Shown one piece after another: positions 49,738 through 59,400 of a DNA stretch of 64,000 nucleotides. Every line of letters begins with the position of its first letter. Positions within the stretch are counted from its first letter, which is position 1. The notes under the pieces are model-generated. The model made no database searches. It saw nothing but the letters and a program-made list of their open reading frames with translations, and was not told where the DNA came from. The position numbers and the translations under genes are program-made. Source of the stretch: a plasmid. The stretch lies in the sequence record NZ_CP096760.1; one strand, 5' to 3'.

Positions 49738-50616
49738 ATGCCTTTATGGATGCAATTACTTATTAACGGCGGCGTTTTACGAAACCCAGCAGACGGCGAG
49801 GGAAATGACCTCGGCGGTGGCGGTGAGGGCGGCGGTAACAATGACGATGTTACTGACGATGACGATCAGGGCAAAGAGGCTGATTCGGAAAAAGATAAAG
49901 ATGATGCCGATGAGCAAAAAGACAAACAGCCTAATGGTGGTAAAAACAAGCTTACCGACAAAGAAGCTGAATTAATCAAGGAAGTAATGAAACGCAAGGA
50001 TCGTGAAAAGAAGCTTCTTCAAGAATTTGACGAATTCAAACGCCAGTTTGCAGACATTGATCCAGAATTGGCACGTAAGGCAATTGCCGCTCAAAAAGAA
50101 AAAGAAACTCGTGAGCTGGAAGAAAAAGGGGAATACGAGCGCGTTAAGCAAAGTATGGCCCAACAGCATCAGGCAGAAGTTAATCGTCTGCAACAACAAA
50201 TTAAAGACTTACAACAACAGTTGGGAAGCAAGGATAGCCAGATCAATGAATTAACTATCGGCTCTAACTTCTCACGTTCCGCATACATTGCAGAGGAATT
50301 GACCTTAACCCCAAATAAGGCGCGTGCTTTATATGGCGCACACTTTGAAATCGAAAATGGAGAAGTGATTGGCTATGACAAACCTCGCGGCGCTGCAAAT
50401 CGTACTGCATTGGTTGACAGTTATGGCAATCCGTTATCTTTCGACAAAGCGATGCAAAAAATCATCGAAGCAGATCCAGAGCGAGACACCTTGATCCGCT
50501 CTAAAGTTAATCCTGGAGCTGGCTCAAAAACCAAGCAAGAAAATAAAGGTTTGCAGAAAGAGCAACCTAAGACTTCCTTGGAAAAAATCATGGCTGGCTT
50601 AAGGGGTGAAAGTTAA
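49738..50616 (+). CDS. scaffolding protein (putative)
   Basis: Gly/Asp-rich N-terminus, long charged coiled-coil (QQQIKDLQQQL); between portal and capsid genes. Confidence 0.5.
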   Translation: MPLWMQLLINGGVLRNPADGEGNDLGGGGEGGGNNDDVTDDDDQGKEADSEKDKDDADEQKDKQPNGGKNKLTDKEAELIKEVMKRKDREKKLLQEFDEFKRQFADIDPELARKAIAAQKEKETRELEEKGEYERVKQSMAQQHQAEVNRLQQQIKDLQQQLGSKDSQINELTIGSNFSRSAYIAEELTLTPNKARALYGAHFEIENGEVIGYDKPRGAANRTALVDSYGNPLSFDKAMQKIIEADPERDTLIRSKVNPGAGSKTKQENKGLQKEQPKTSLEKIMAGLRGES

Positions 50617-50630
50617 TATTTTCACTAAAA

Positions 50631-50656
50631 ATTATTAGTAAGCGCTTATTGATAAT
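50631..50656 (+). promoter_or_regulatory. palindromic motif ATTATTAGTAAGCGCTTATTGATAAT
   Basis: 15 nt after scaffold stop. Confidence 0.45.
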
Positions 50657-50751
50657 CAAATAGGCGTTTGCTAATATTTGACCAGTAACCATCGGCGCTA
50701 GAGAGAGTTAGTTCGTCCGAAGAAAGCTAATCAGTAAATGGAGCATTATTA

Positions 50752-51654
50752 ATGCCTTTATTGCGCGAAGAAGCGGAAAAACTCTCGAACAACCAACTTG
50801 TTCAAGGCGTTGTTGAAGAAATCATTGACCGCGATGACCTTTTTGCCATTTTGCCTTTTACACAAGTAAATGGTAAGGCATATGTTTACAACCGTGAAAA
50901 AACCCTTGGTGGTGCCAACTGGCTTGATCCTAATGAAGTGATCGAAGAAGAAGGCTCAACATTCGACGAAGTGACAGCGCATTTACGCATCTTAGCTGGT
51001 GACGTTGATGTTGATAAATTCTTAGACTCTACAATGGGTGATACGAACGCTCAAAAGGCGATTCAAATCAAGCAAAAGGCCAAAGGTGTTGCTCGCGAAT
51101 TCCACCGTACTTTGGCTCGTGGTGATTCGAAAACTAACGCGAAAGAGTTTGACGGCTTTGACAAGCTTGTAACCTCTACTCAAATCGTTGACGCTGGTGC
51201 TGACGGCAATCCATTAACTCTTACCATGTTGGACGAATTGTGTGACGCTGTGCCGAATGGCGCAGACGTGATCGTAATGCGTCGTGGTACGATCCGTGCC
51301 TACCGTGCATTGCTTCGTGCAACCTATGGTACTGATGCCGTAATGCAACAGTTATCTAACTTTGGTCGCCCAATGCTTACTCACAACGGTATTCCTATCA
51401 TCATGAATGATTGGATTGCCGGCGATGAAGTGAAAGGCACGAACTCAAAAACCACTTCGATTTATGCTGTACGCTTAAATGAAGTTGACGGTTTACACGG
51501 CCTTTATGGTGGTGGAAATGCAGGTATCGTTGTTGAAGACATCGGTACAGTGCAAAACAAAGATGCTACTCGTACACGTATCAAGTGGTACTGTGGTTTA
51601 GCTCTTAAATCCACTCGCTCAATTGCAGCAATTCGTGGCGTGACTAATATTTAA
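50752..51654 (+). CDS. major capsid protein (putative, HK97-fold)
   Basis: 300-aa ORF following scaffold, strong terminator immediately after; no explicit motif. Confidence 0.6.
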   Translation: MPLLREEAEKLSNNQLVQGVVEEIIDRDDLFAILPFTQVNGKAYVYNREKTLGGANWLDPNEVIEEEGSTFDEVTAHLRILAGDVDVDKFLDSTMGDTNAQKAIQIKQKAKGVAREFHRTLARGDSKTNAKEFDGFDKLVTSTQIVDAGADGNPLTLTMLDELCDAVPNGADVIVMRRGTIRAYRALLRATYGTDAVMQQLSNFGRPMLTHNGIPIIMNDWIAGDEVKGTNSKTTSIYAVRLNEVDGLHGLYGGGNAGIVVEDIGTVQNKDATRTRIKWYCGLALKSTRSIAAIRGVTNI

Positions 51655-51655
51655 C

Positions 51656-51713
51656 TATAAATATTAGTTAGCACTTATTGATAAAAAAGAGACTAGAAAT
51701 AGTCTCTTTTTTA
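51656..51713 (+). terminator. motif copy (CTATAAATATTAGTTAGCACTTATTGATAA) fused to strong rho-independent terminator AAGAGACTAGAAATAGTCTCTT+TTTTATT
   Basis: Hairpin at 51687-51708 with T-tract; directly after capsid stop. Confidence 0.7.
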
Positions 51714-51792
51714 TTGAAAGCATTATTTATATTGATTGTTTAAATATTAGTTATAACTTATTATTTAACTAAAATGGCAGGTTGGATTAAGC

Positions 51793-52287
51793 ATGAAATT
51801 AAAATTAACCGGAGCTGGATTCGAAAATTATACAGGTCAAATGGGCGTGGTATTTTTTGAAAATGGCTTATCGAAATATGACGTGATGCCTAATGATGCA
51901 ATTCGCATTGCAAGTACCATTGGCGCAGTATGGGAAAACGGCGATCCCGCGAATTTAGGTGCAATTCATACACAGAACCTTATGACTCCCGCACCTGATA
52001 TTCGCCAACAGTCGGGACTTGAATTGCTGCACTCGATTACTGGTCATGCTCACTTAAATGCAGATCAGGTTCAGCAGCATTCCGATCAGGTTGCCAGTTT
52101 AACGACTGGGGTAGAAAAGCAGGAAAGTACAGCCAAGAAAGCGGAACCTAAATACACTCAGGAAGCTTTGGAAAAGATTGCTGATGAAAGTGGCATTGCG
52201 GGATTACGCGAGATTGCAGCCGAATTTAATGTCAAAGGCAATTCAATTGCCACATTAATCAAAGCCATCATGAATGCACAGGAATAA
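51793..52287 (+). CDS. hypothetical structural-module protein
   Basis: 164-aa ORF after capsid gene. Confidence 0.4.
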   Translation: MKLKLTGAGFENYTGQMGVVFFENGLSKYDVMPNDAIRIASTIGAVWENGDPANLGAIHTQNLMTPAPDIRQQSGLELLHSITGHAHLNADQVQQHSDQVASLTTGVEKQESTAKKAEPKYTQEALEKIADESGIAGLREIAAEFNVKGNSIATLIKAIMNAQE

Positions 52288-52293
52288 TACCTG

Positions 52294-53064
52294 ATGAATT
52301 ACTACCTTGCCGGAACGTCAGTATCTCTTCCTATCAACTTTGTCGATGACGACGGAAATCCCCTTGAAGTGACCCAAGGAAGCTACCGTATTGTCGATCA
52401 AAACGGTGTAGAGATTAAGCCAAAGGCCGAATTCGATGTCACCCAAACCAAGGTAACTGTAGAGGCTGAATATAACCAGATTCCCGCTCTCAACCCTATG
52501 GAAATCAAGGTTGAGGACATGGACTCAATTGAGATCGATCATTTGCGTATTCTCCAATTTGATCTAATCAATCGGGATGGGAATACCTATGCGTTTGACG
52601 TCAGCTACCTCATTTCACCAAGAGAACGGTTGATTGTAGGTTTAAACAGTTTTCAGACATTAAATCAGGCAAAGCTGACAGCATTGACGATGCCGGAAAC
52701 GGAAGTTTTCCTCACAGAAGGCGAAGTTCGTAAGGTAGCGGCTTTGATTGAGGCGAGACAGCGGATTTGCACGCTCAATATTCCAAGTGTCAATTTACGA
52801 GCCACGACACCATCCGCCTACCAGAAGCTATCAGAGCAATTTAAGGCTGCCTTGAGAAAGGCGCAAGTTGCGGAAGCGAATGCAATTCTTGGCGGTGGTG
52901 ATCCCATCGAATTAGCTCTTGCACAGGGCCTTAAATCCAAAACCATTGGCGAAACCCATGAGAGCTATATCGGTGGGCGACAACTCAGGTTAGCGGTTAG
53001 CAAGGCAACTCTAAGATATTTGAGTGGCTTTGTATCGACAAGCAAGGTTATTGCGAGGGTTTAA
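52294..53064 (+). CDS. hypothetical structural-module protein
   Basis: 256-aa ORF. Confidence 0.4.
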   Translation: MNYYLAGTSVSLPINFVDDDGNPLEVTQGSYRIVDQNGVEIKPKAEFDVTQTKVTVEAEYNQIPALNPMEIKVEDMDSIEIDHLRILQFDLINRDGNTYAFDVSYLISPRERLIVGLNSFQTLNQAKLTALTMPETEVFLTEGEVRKVAALIEARQRICTLNIPSVNLRATTPSAYQKLSEQFKAALRKAQVAEANAILGGGDPIELALAQGLKSKTIGETHESYIGGRQLRLAVSKATLRYLSGFVSTSKVIARV

Positions 53065-53065
53065 A

Positions 53066-53761
53066 ATGGACGAACAAAAGCGCTATTTGTTGGATTATTT
53101 CTCAATGAGATTCACGAGTCTCATGGATAATTATGTTATGGCAATAAATGGCGCTTTTTTCACTACAAGGCGCGCAGGCTATACGCCTTCGCAGTATCAG
53201 ATTGAAAACGCCAAGAATTTTGTGGCTAACGCACATTATTTATTCCTTGAAGCTGCTGGCAACACTCTTGAGCAGATTGCATCAAATTTGGACGCTCAAG
53301 AGGTGGCTTACAACATGTTCGAACTTGAACATGTCAAAAATCAACTTGTATCTATTTCCATTGATATGTTGCGCCAAGCGAACCGCGCAATTTCTACAGG
53401 AATCCAAAACAAGGCGATTGAACTGCTTGGAAAGAATAATGCTCACGGCGCAATGGGCTTGTTAGTACAAAAGAAAATGGCTGAACTGGAAATTACCGCA
53501 ACAGATAGTGCAGGGCGTAAATGGAGAGAGCCATCTAGTCTTGTAAAAACCATCGTTCGGGATTTCATTTATCAATCACTTGTAGATCACCAGATTAAGG
53601 CATTGCATGAATCTGGCATTGACCTGATTGCTGTACCTGACATTGATAAGCCTGTGTCCATTCAAGGGCAGGCAGGTTATGTGGCTTTAAAAGACGTAAG
53701 ACATCACTTCCATCCGAATGGATATGACTTACCTGTAGGCTACACAGATGTTCACACCTAA
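53066..53761 (+). CDS. hypothetical structural-module protein (start revised to ATG right after upstream stop)
   Basis: Track ORF 53024..53761 overlaps upstream gene by 40 nt. MDEQKRY at 53066 gives tight non-overlapping coupling. Confidence 0.4.
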   Translation: MDEQKRYLLDYFSMRFTSLMDNYVMAINGAFFTTRRAGYTPSQYQIENAKNFVANAHYLFLEAAGNTLEQIASNLDAQEVAYNMFELEHVKNQLVSISIDMLRQANRAISTGIQNKAIELLGKNNAHGAMGLLVQKKMAELEITATDSAGRKWREPSSLVKTIVRDFIYQSLVDHQIKALHESGIDLIAVPDIDKPVSIQGQAGYVALKDVRHHFHPNGYDLPVGYTDVHT

Positions 53762-54098
53762 TCAGTTCTGCTTCGTTCGGGCAAGGAATGGCTATGATCA
53801 CTTCGGTTTAGCCAAATTTGGGCTAAGACGAAAGGAACGTTGCGCCATCGTCAAGATGATTCAGCAAAGCAACAAGACCTCAGTTCGTGCGGACTCGTCT
53901 GCTTCGCGCGGCAACGCAAGGGAAGTGGTTGCAGATCTGGTCATTTTGCTTGAACCCAAAACCACGGCAACCATTGACTCAATCATTGAGTTTGGTGGGG
54001 ACATGTATGTGGTGAAATCAGTCCATAAACGGTTTGATATTCGCGGCAAGCATGATCACACCGAAGCGGCATGTACCTACTGGAGTGATAACGAATGA
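53748..54098 (+). CDS. putative head-tail connector protein
   Basis: 116-aa ORF, overlapping starts/stops typical of connector genes. Confidence 0.4.
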   Translation: MFTPNQFCFVRARNGYDHFGLAKFGLRRKERCAIVKMIQQSNKTSVRADSSASRGNAREVVADLVILLEPKTTATIDSIIEFGGDMYVVKSVHKRFDIRGKHDHTEAACTYWSDNE

Positions 54099-54481
54099 AT
54101 CCACTAATTCCTATCGCTCAAATGCTCAATGATGCAGGGGTCGCCACTTTAGGGCAAAACCTGTTTATCAACATGATGCCAATTTCCGTAACAAACGGAA
54201 TCCTGCTAAGGAATCCAATCAACGGAACCAAAATTGATCATGAGTTAAAGGGTCATTACAACACCGAATTCAAGGTCATTGTAAGGACCACCAATTATGA
54301 GACGGGTTATAAATTGATGAAGAAGGTATTCAAGCTTCTTACACTGGATAACCATTTTGTTGAAGGTATGCACATTAAACAATGTTATCCGGACAATGAG
54401 CCAATCGAATATCCGATCTCAGAAGGGAACACTCTCGAACTGGCATCAGACTTCAAGATTGCCTTTAGCGAGATTACCTAA
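54095..54481 (+). CDS. putative head-tail connector/tail completion protein
   Basis: 128-aa ORF; context. Confidence 0.4.
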   Translation: MNPLIPIAQMLNDAGVATLGQNLFINMMPISVTNGILLRNPINGTKIDHELKGHYNTEFKVIVRTTNYETGYKLMKKVFKLLTLDNHFVEGMHIKQCYPDNEPIEYPISEGNTLELASDFKIAFSEIT

Positions 54482-54978
54482 TGGCCCGAAAGAACCTTCA
54501 GACCACAGGACTCAATGAGCTTCGCAAGAAACTCACCAAGTTAAGTGAAATGCCAAATGTTCTGGATTCCGAGCTAGGCAGTATTGCCAAACAGATGCGC
54601 GATACTGCCAAGGCTATGGCACCCATTGAATATGGTGGATTACGCGAATCGATCAAATATCGTCGGGTCGGTTATGAACGTAACAAGCTAGGACAGTTCT
54701 TTAAGGGAGGCTTGGGTCAGCATACCGTTTACGTTAATTTGAATCAGCCGAGTCGCGGAGCAACGGTTGCAAAGTATTTCTTCTTTGTACACGAGCACAT
54801 GAGCGTCGGTCGTACTGGAGGAGAGTTCCAGCCTTCCGAATATTCCGTGATGAATAGCGCACTACTTGGCGAAGTTGCGGGCGGTCGATTCATGGAACGG
54901 GCCAGAGTCAAATACGAAGTGCAAATTACCAAACTTTTGCAGCACAGAGCGGACGAGTTTATTAAAACTTTGTTCTAG
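54481..54978 (+). CDS. HK97 gp10-like head-tail joining protein
   Basis: N-terminal pattern LNELRKKLTKLSE...AKAMAPIEYGGLRESI resembles HK97 gp10 family. Confidence 0.5.
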   Translation: MARKNLQTTGLNELRKKLTKLSEMPNVLDSELGSIAKQMRDTAKAMAPIEYGGLRESIKYRRVGYERNKLGQFFKGGLGQHTVYVNLNQPSRGATVAKYFFFVHEHMSVGRTGGEFQPSEYSVMNSALLGEVAGGRFMERARVKYEVQITKLLQHRADEFIKTLF

Positions 54979-55022
54979 TGAAAGTGTTTAAATTCCAAAC
55001 ATTATGGTATTCTTGGCAATGC

Positions 55023-55048
55023 AATTATTAGTAAGCGCTTATTAATAG
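55023..55048 (+). promoter_or_regulatory. palindromic motif ATTATTAGTAAGCGCTTATTAATAGT
   Basis: 15 nt before ATG 55063 of major tail gene. Confidence 0.5.
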
Positions 55049-55062
55049 TATTGGAGTAATGT

Positions 55063-55608
55063 ATGGCTAACAACGATACCTCAAACGTTAAGCTTGGTGT
55101 ATGTAAAGTCTTCTTTGGCGGTGTTGATCTTGGCTTCACCAAAGGTGGCGTTGAAGTGACGGTAGAAACTGAAACCCACGAAGTTCAAGTAGACCAATAC
55201 GGTAATACCCCAATTTCTGAATATGTAATGGGTCGTACCATTACCGTAGCCGTTCCTTTGGCTGAAACCACGTTAGATAACCTTGTTGCCACTATGCCGG
55301 GTGCAAAACTGGTAACAGATTCAACAGCCGGAACTTCAAAAGCCATTGTACCTACAGGCGTTGGCGTGAACTTGCTTGATTTCGCTGACGAGTTGGTATT
55401 GGTTCCTAAAGGCGTAAACGGCTCATTGAACTACAACGATGCAGTACGCGTTCCTAAAGCGGCAACTCCGGGTGCCATGACCTTTGCTTATAAGCTTGAT
55501 GAAGAACGAATCTTCAACTGTAACTTCAAAGGCTACCCAGTCATTGAAGGCAATGATGAAGTGCTTTATCAGGTCGGCACAGTTACACCACCAGCAGCTA
55601 AAGCTTAA
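55063..55608 (+). CDS. major tail (tube) protein (putative)
   Basis: 181-aa ORF with own promoter motif and strong terminator; position before G/GT chaperones and tape measure. Confidence 0.55.
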   Translation: MANNDTSNVKLGVCKVFFGGVDLGFTKGGVEVTVETETHEVQVDQYGNTPISEYVMGRTITVAVPLAETTLDNLVATMPGAKLVTDSTAGTSKAIVPTGVGVNLLDFADELVLVPKGVNGSLNYNDAVRVPKAATPGAMTFAYKLDEERIFNCNFKGYPVIEGNDEVLYQVGTVTPPAAKA

Positions 55609-55616
55609 TTTTCTCA

Positions 55617-55680
55617 CAATATATTAGTAAGCACTTACTAATATATTTATGCAGCCTCATACCCGTGAGGCTGCTTTATA
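55617..55680 (+). terminator. motif copy (ATATTAGTAAGCACTTACTAATAT) followed by terminator GCAGCCTCATACCCGTGAGGCTGC+TTTATA
   Basis: Hairpin 55651-55674. Confidence 0.7.
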
Positions 55681-55702
55681 AGATTTTTCAGGAAGTTCGC
55701 TT

Positions 55703-56056
55703 ATGAAATTACTCAACCTAGATCCATTAGTTAAATCAGTAGAAAAACGTGTAGTCGTCGTAAATGGAAAAAATCACGAAATCCGCACATTGAATGTGGA
55801 GCAGTTTCTCCAAATCGTCGATGAGTCCAAGTCGATTGTGGAACGCGCAGAAAAGGGCGAATTCACATTGGCAGATGAAGTTCGCTTAACGAGAAAAGTC
55901 GTCGGCTTGGCTATTCCAACCATGACGGAAGAAGAAATCAACAAGCTTGACGTAAGCCAGATTCAAGCCATTGCTGAATTTGCAAAAGGCAACGACGTCG
56001 AAGGGGTAGAGGAAGTCTCATCCGAAGAGACTCAGGAAGACCCAGAGGGAAAGTAG
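55703..56056 (+). CDS. tail assembly chaperone (lambda gpG-like)
   Basis: 117 aa, acidic C-terminus. Ends with slippery heptamer GGGAAAG (56047-56053) before stop. Confidence 0.6.
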   Translation: MKLLNLDPLVKSVEKRVVVVNGKNHEIRTLNVEQFLQIVDESKSIVERAEKGEFTLADEVRLTRKVVGLAIPTMTEEEINKLDVSQIQAIAEFAKGNDVEGVEEVSSEETQEDPEGK

Positions 56057-56409
56057 AAGTATTGGCAATCGATTTTGGCTTCATCTTTTGCCAAATCATG
56101 CACTTCTATTCAATGAGCTATGAATGCGTATTGAAACTACCAATACGCATTTTCTGGCTTCTTAGCAAAAACATTCAACGCATTCAGGCCAGAAACGACT
56201 TACGCCATCTAAACGTTTCTACAGCAGCCACGTTTGGTGCGGCAGCGTTCATGAGCGGTAACAGTAAATCTACCTTGACCAAAGACGTTACCGACCAATT
56301 ACTCGCGGAACGGGGGGATGTCGTAAAAGTTAAATCAAATCCATTAGAAGCCAAATTGGACAGAGACGGTCTTGAAATGCTGCGAAGACTTAGCGCACCG
56401 AGGCAGTAA
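56047..56409 (+). CDS. tail assembly chaperone -1 frameshift extension (lambda gpGT-like; T segment)
   Basis: ORF 56062..56409 is in the -1 frame relative to 55703..56056. Slip at G-GGA-AAG gives ...PEG-KVEVLAIDFGF... fusion, the same heptamer as the lambda G/GT site. Confidence 0.55.
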   Translation, partial: GKVEVLAIDFGFIFCQIMHFYSMSYECVLKLPIRIFWLLSKNIQRIQARNDLRHLNVSTAATFGAAAFMSGNSKSTLTKDVTDQLLAERGDVVKVKSNPLEAKLDRDGLEMLRRLSAPRQ

Positions 56410-56411
56410 AT

Positions 56412-59400
56412 ATGGCTGGCGAAATTAACAATACGCTCAAACTTGATGTCAATCAATTTGACCAAGCTATTCAAAAGGCATCAGATCGCCTAGATAAGCT
56501 AGACAGCAATCTGGGGAAAACCAACGCTTCCGTCGAAAGCTTGGAGAAGATTCTTAGTGGTTTGGGCGGAGATATTCGCCAGCTCTCTTCCTCATTCAAA
56601 ACGCTTGATGACAATCTGGCAGCTTCCTTGAAAATGTTAAGTGGGGTTCAGAAAAATACTGACTCACTTTCACGCTCATTGGATAGCGTAGACAAATCGG
56701 CATCAAAAACTGCCAAAACCACAGCGCAAGCAGCCAAAAGTATTGAAAATTTGGCTGACTTTACGCAAGCCTACGAGAAAAAGCTCAAAAATTTAAACCC
56801 ACTTTTGAATAGAGTTTCAAAGGGTCAGCAGATTCTTGAGGCACACGCAAAAGCGACTGGTGACGAACTAGAGAAGCAATCAAAACGAACACTTGCGAAT
56901 AACGCTAGAGCTTTACAGGCTGAGATTAAGAATAACGAGAAGCTGCTCGCTGAACGCCGTGAAATGGCTTATAAGGCCGCACAGATTCAGAAACGTGCGG
57001 AAGTTAATTTAGCAGTACAGCAAAAACTTTATAACGGCACATTCTTCGGCAAGAACAAGAATTCCACTTCTGAAAAAGCAGTGGAAATGCGCGCAAATAT
57101 TGAATTGTGGCGTAAAGAGGCAGATGCGGCCAAGCTTGTTAAGGAGCAAATCAAGTCTGTCATTCGTGATATTGAATATCAAAATGGCGAGCTGCAAAAA
57201 GGTGTAAACCTGCTCAATCAGCAGATTGAACGCACCCGCGCACTTAAAAACCAGCAATCTGTAGAACAAGCCAAATCCCGTCAGGAACAAAAGAGCCTAG
57301 ACACAGCACGTAAACGCCAAGAGCTTGAAAAGAGAACCGAGGCTTGGTGGAAAGAAGCGCTCTTTAACCGTGAACGAAGAGAGGAAGAGGCTGAGCGCAG
57401 ACGCATTGAAAAACGACGTCAATTAGAGCAGGAGTATTCAAACTGGTTTAATCGCGAACTCGACAAACGCGAACGCCGAGAAGCCGATGCACGCCTAAAA
57501 CAGCGCCCTCTAATTCGAAACATCGATGAAGAACGCCAAGCTCAGACACGAACTGCGGATGCTCGTCGTAAGCTGGAACTTGATTATACGGGTTGGTGGA
57601 CAAGAACGCTCAATAACCGAGATCAAGCTGCTCAACGCGCTGCCGAGCAGGCGGAACGTGACGCTCATCGCGTGAGAATGCAGCAGCTTAATGAAGAGCG
57701 TAAGGCTCAAGAGCTATTGCATCGAGAGCAAATGTCTGTTGCCAAAGACCTTGCCGCAATGTACGCAAGTATCAAGATCAATCAAGGTCTAGGCGGCGCT
57801 GTACACAAAAATATGGAATTAGAGCAATCTAAATTCCGTCTATCATTGTGGAATCTTCCAAAAGAAGAACAAGAACGATTCCTTCAAAAATCCAGAGATT
57901 TAACCAAGACTGAGAAATATCTCACCAATACAGAAGCCATTGATGCCCGTCTTGACGCTATGGCTGCAATGGGTGGCAACCACGAAAAGACCATTGATGC
58001 CACATTAGCAACTGCTACCCGTGTGGCTCACATCTTACGTGCAACGGGTAATGAAACAGGTTCAAACAGCGACCTAGTGAAAAACTTGTACGGATTCGCC
58101 GAATCCCGCCAAGTCATGAACAATGTCGATGAAATTAACAAATCATTCGAGACGCTGTTAAAAATCTCCAATATTTCAAACGGCAAAATCAAAATTGCCG
58201 ACGTTGAAACCATTGCGCGTAACATGGGCGGTATGCGAGCTGACGTCTCAGCCGATGGCTGGTTAAAAATCGCAGCGCTTGGTGAGCAGTTCAAGACCGC
58301 TGGTGGTGGTAACGGTGGTGGCGGGGGTATCGCAACCGTAGGTACGATGCTCAAGATGATGGGTTTATACGGTTCGGGTAAGACAATTACCAATCGTGCC
58401 GTAACCGATCTGATGGGCGCCGATATCCTCAACGAATTCAAGGACGGCGATGCTGAGAAGGCGTTCAGAGAAAACGCTAAAAATATCAAAGAATTTACCA
58501 AAATGATGAAGAACGCGGGCTTCAAGGACTTGAAGTCGATGGGCGAAGATCCGGTTAAGTTCTTCTCATCTTTACGCGGTCAGATTCTTGATTACATGAT
58601 GCGTGAAGATAACTTCACCCGCTTCTTTGGTGAAGGGACCAAGCGTTGGACCTACAACCAGAAAGGTCAGATGATCAACAGCGAAGGCAAAGTTGTTGAT
58701 CCGAATGAACAAAACAAAATTGAGCGCACGGGCTTTACTCGTTGGGCTTCTGGCATGGGCTGGTCAAATAAAACCGTAGACGGTTTGACCACCATGTTAG
58801 ATAAACGCTTCATTGACCGCGCAAATGAAGTGGCAGAAAGCGCTAAACGTTCAGCAGAAAGTCAGCAGGCCCTAAAAGAAGCTCAAGACACATTAAAGGG
58901 TAGCACAGACAACCTAATGGCTTCATTGGGACGTTTGGCTGAATCATTTGCTCCGCTTCTACCTTTTTTAACGGGCTTCGTTAATGGTCTAACCAAAGCG
59001 GTAGACGGCATTGCAAACTTGATGAATTTGCATCCCGCAATTGCCATTGTGACAGGTCTTGGAGCTGGTTTTGGCGCCCTAACCTTAGCGACAAGTTTAT
59101 TTTTTGGGAAATTAAGCCTAGTTAGTCGCCTAGTTACAACACTCCTTCCTGCATTGGGTGGCTTGGGTAAGACTGCTCAAACCTCTTCCGGTCAATTGGC
59201 TACCGCAACAAGCACTGCAAATAACTTAGGGCAGGCGGTATCAAAAATGGGCGATGGCACAAAAAATGTTGTGCCTAAAGTTTCCAATATGAGTACACGC
59301 GTCCTTGGCATTTTGGGCGGCATGTTACGCTGGGCAGGCTGGGTCGGGTTAGGACTTCTTGTAGGTCAAATGTTCATTTCTTGGCTTGATAGCGTCAACA

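Noticed and set aside
58028-58525. 165-aa minus-strand ORF and other long antisense ORFs (for example 42084..42515, 47343..47732, 38844..39140)
   Set aside because: Lie entirely inside well-supported genes on the opposite strand (tape measure, ParB-like, TerL, helicase) and have biased low-complexity composition; considered spurious.
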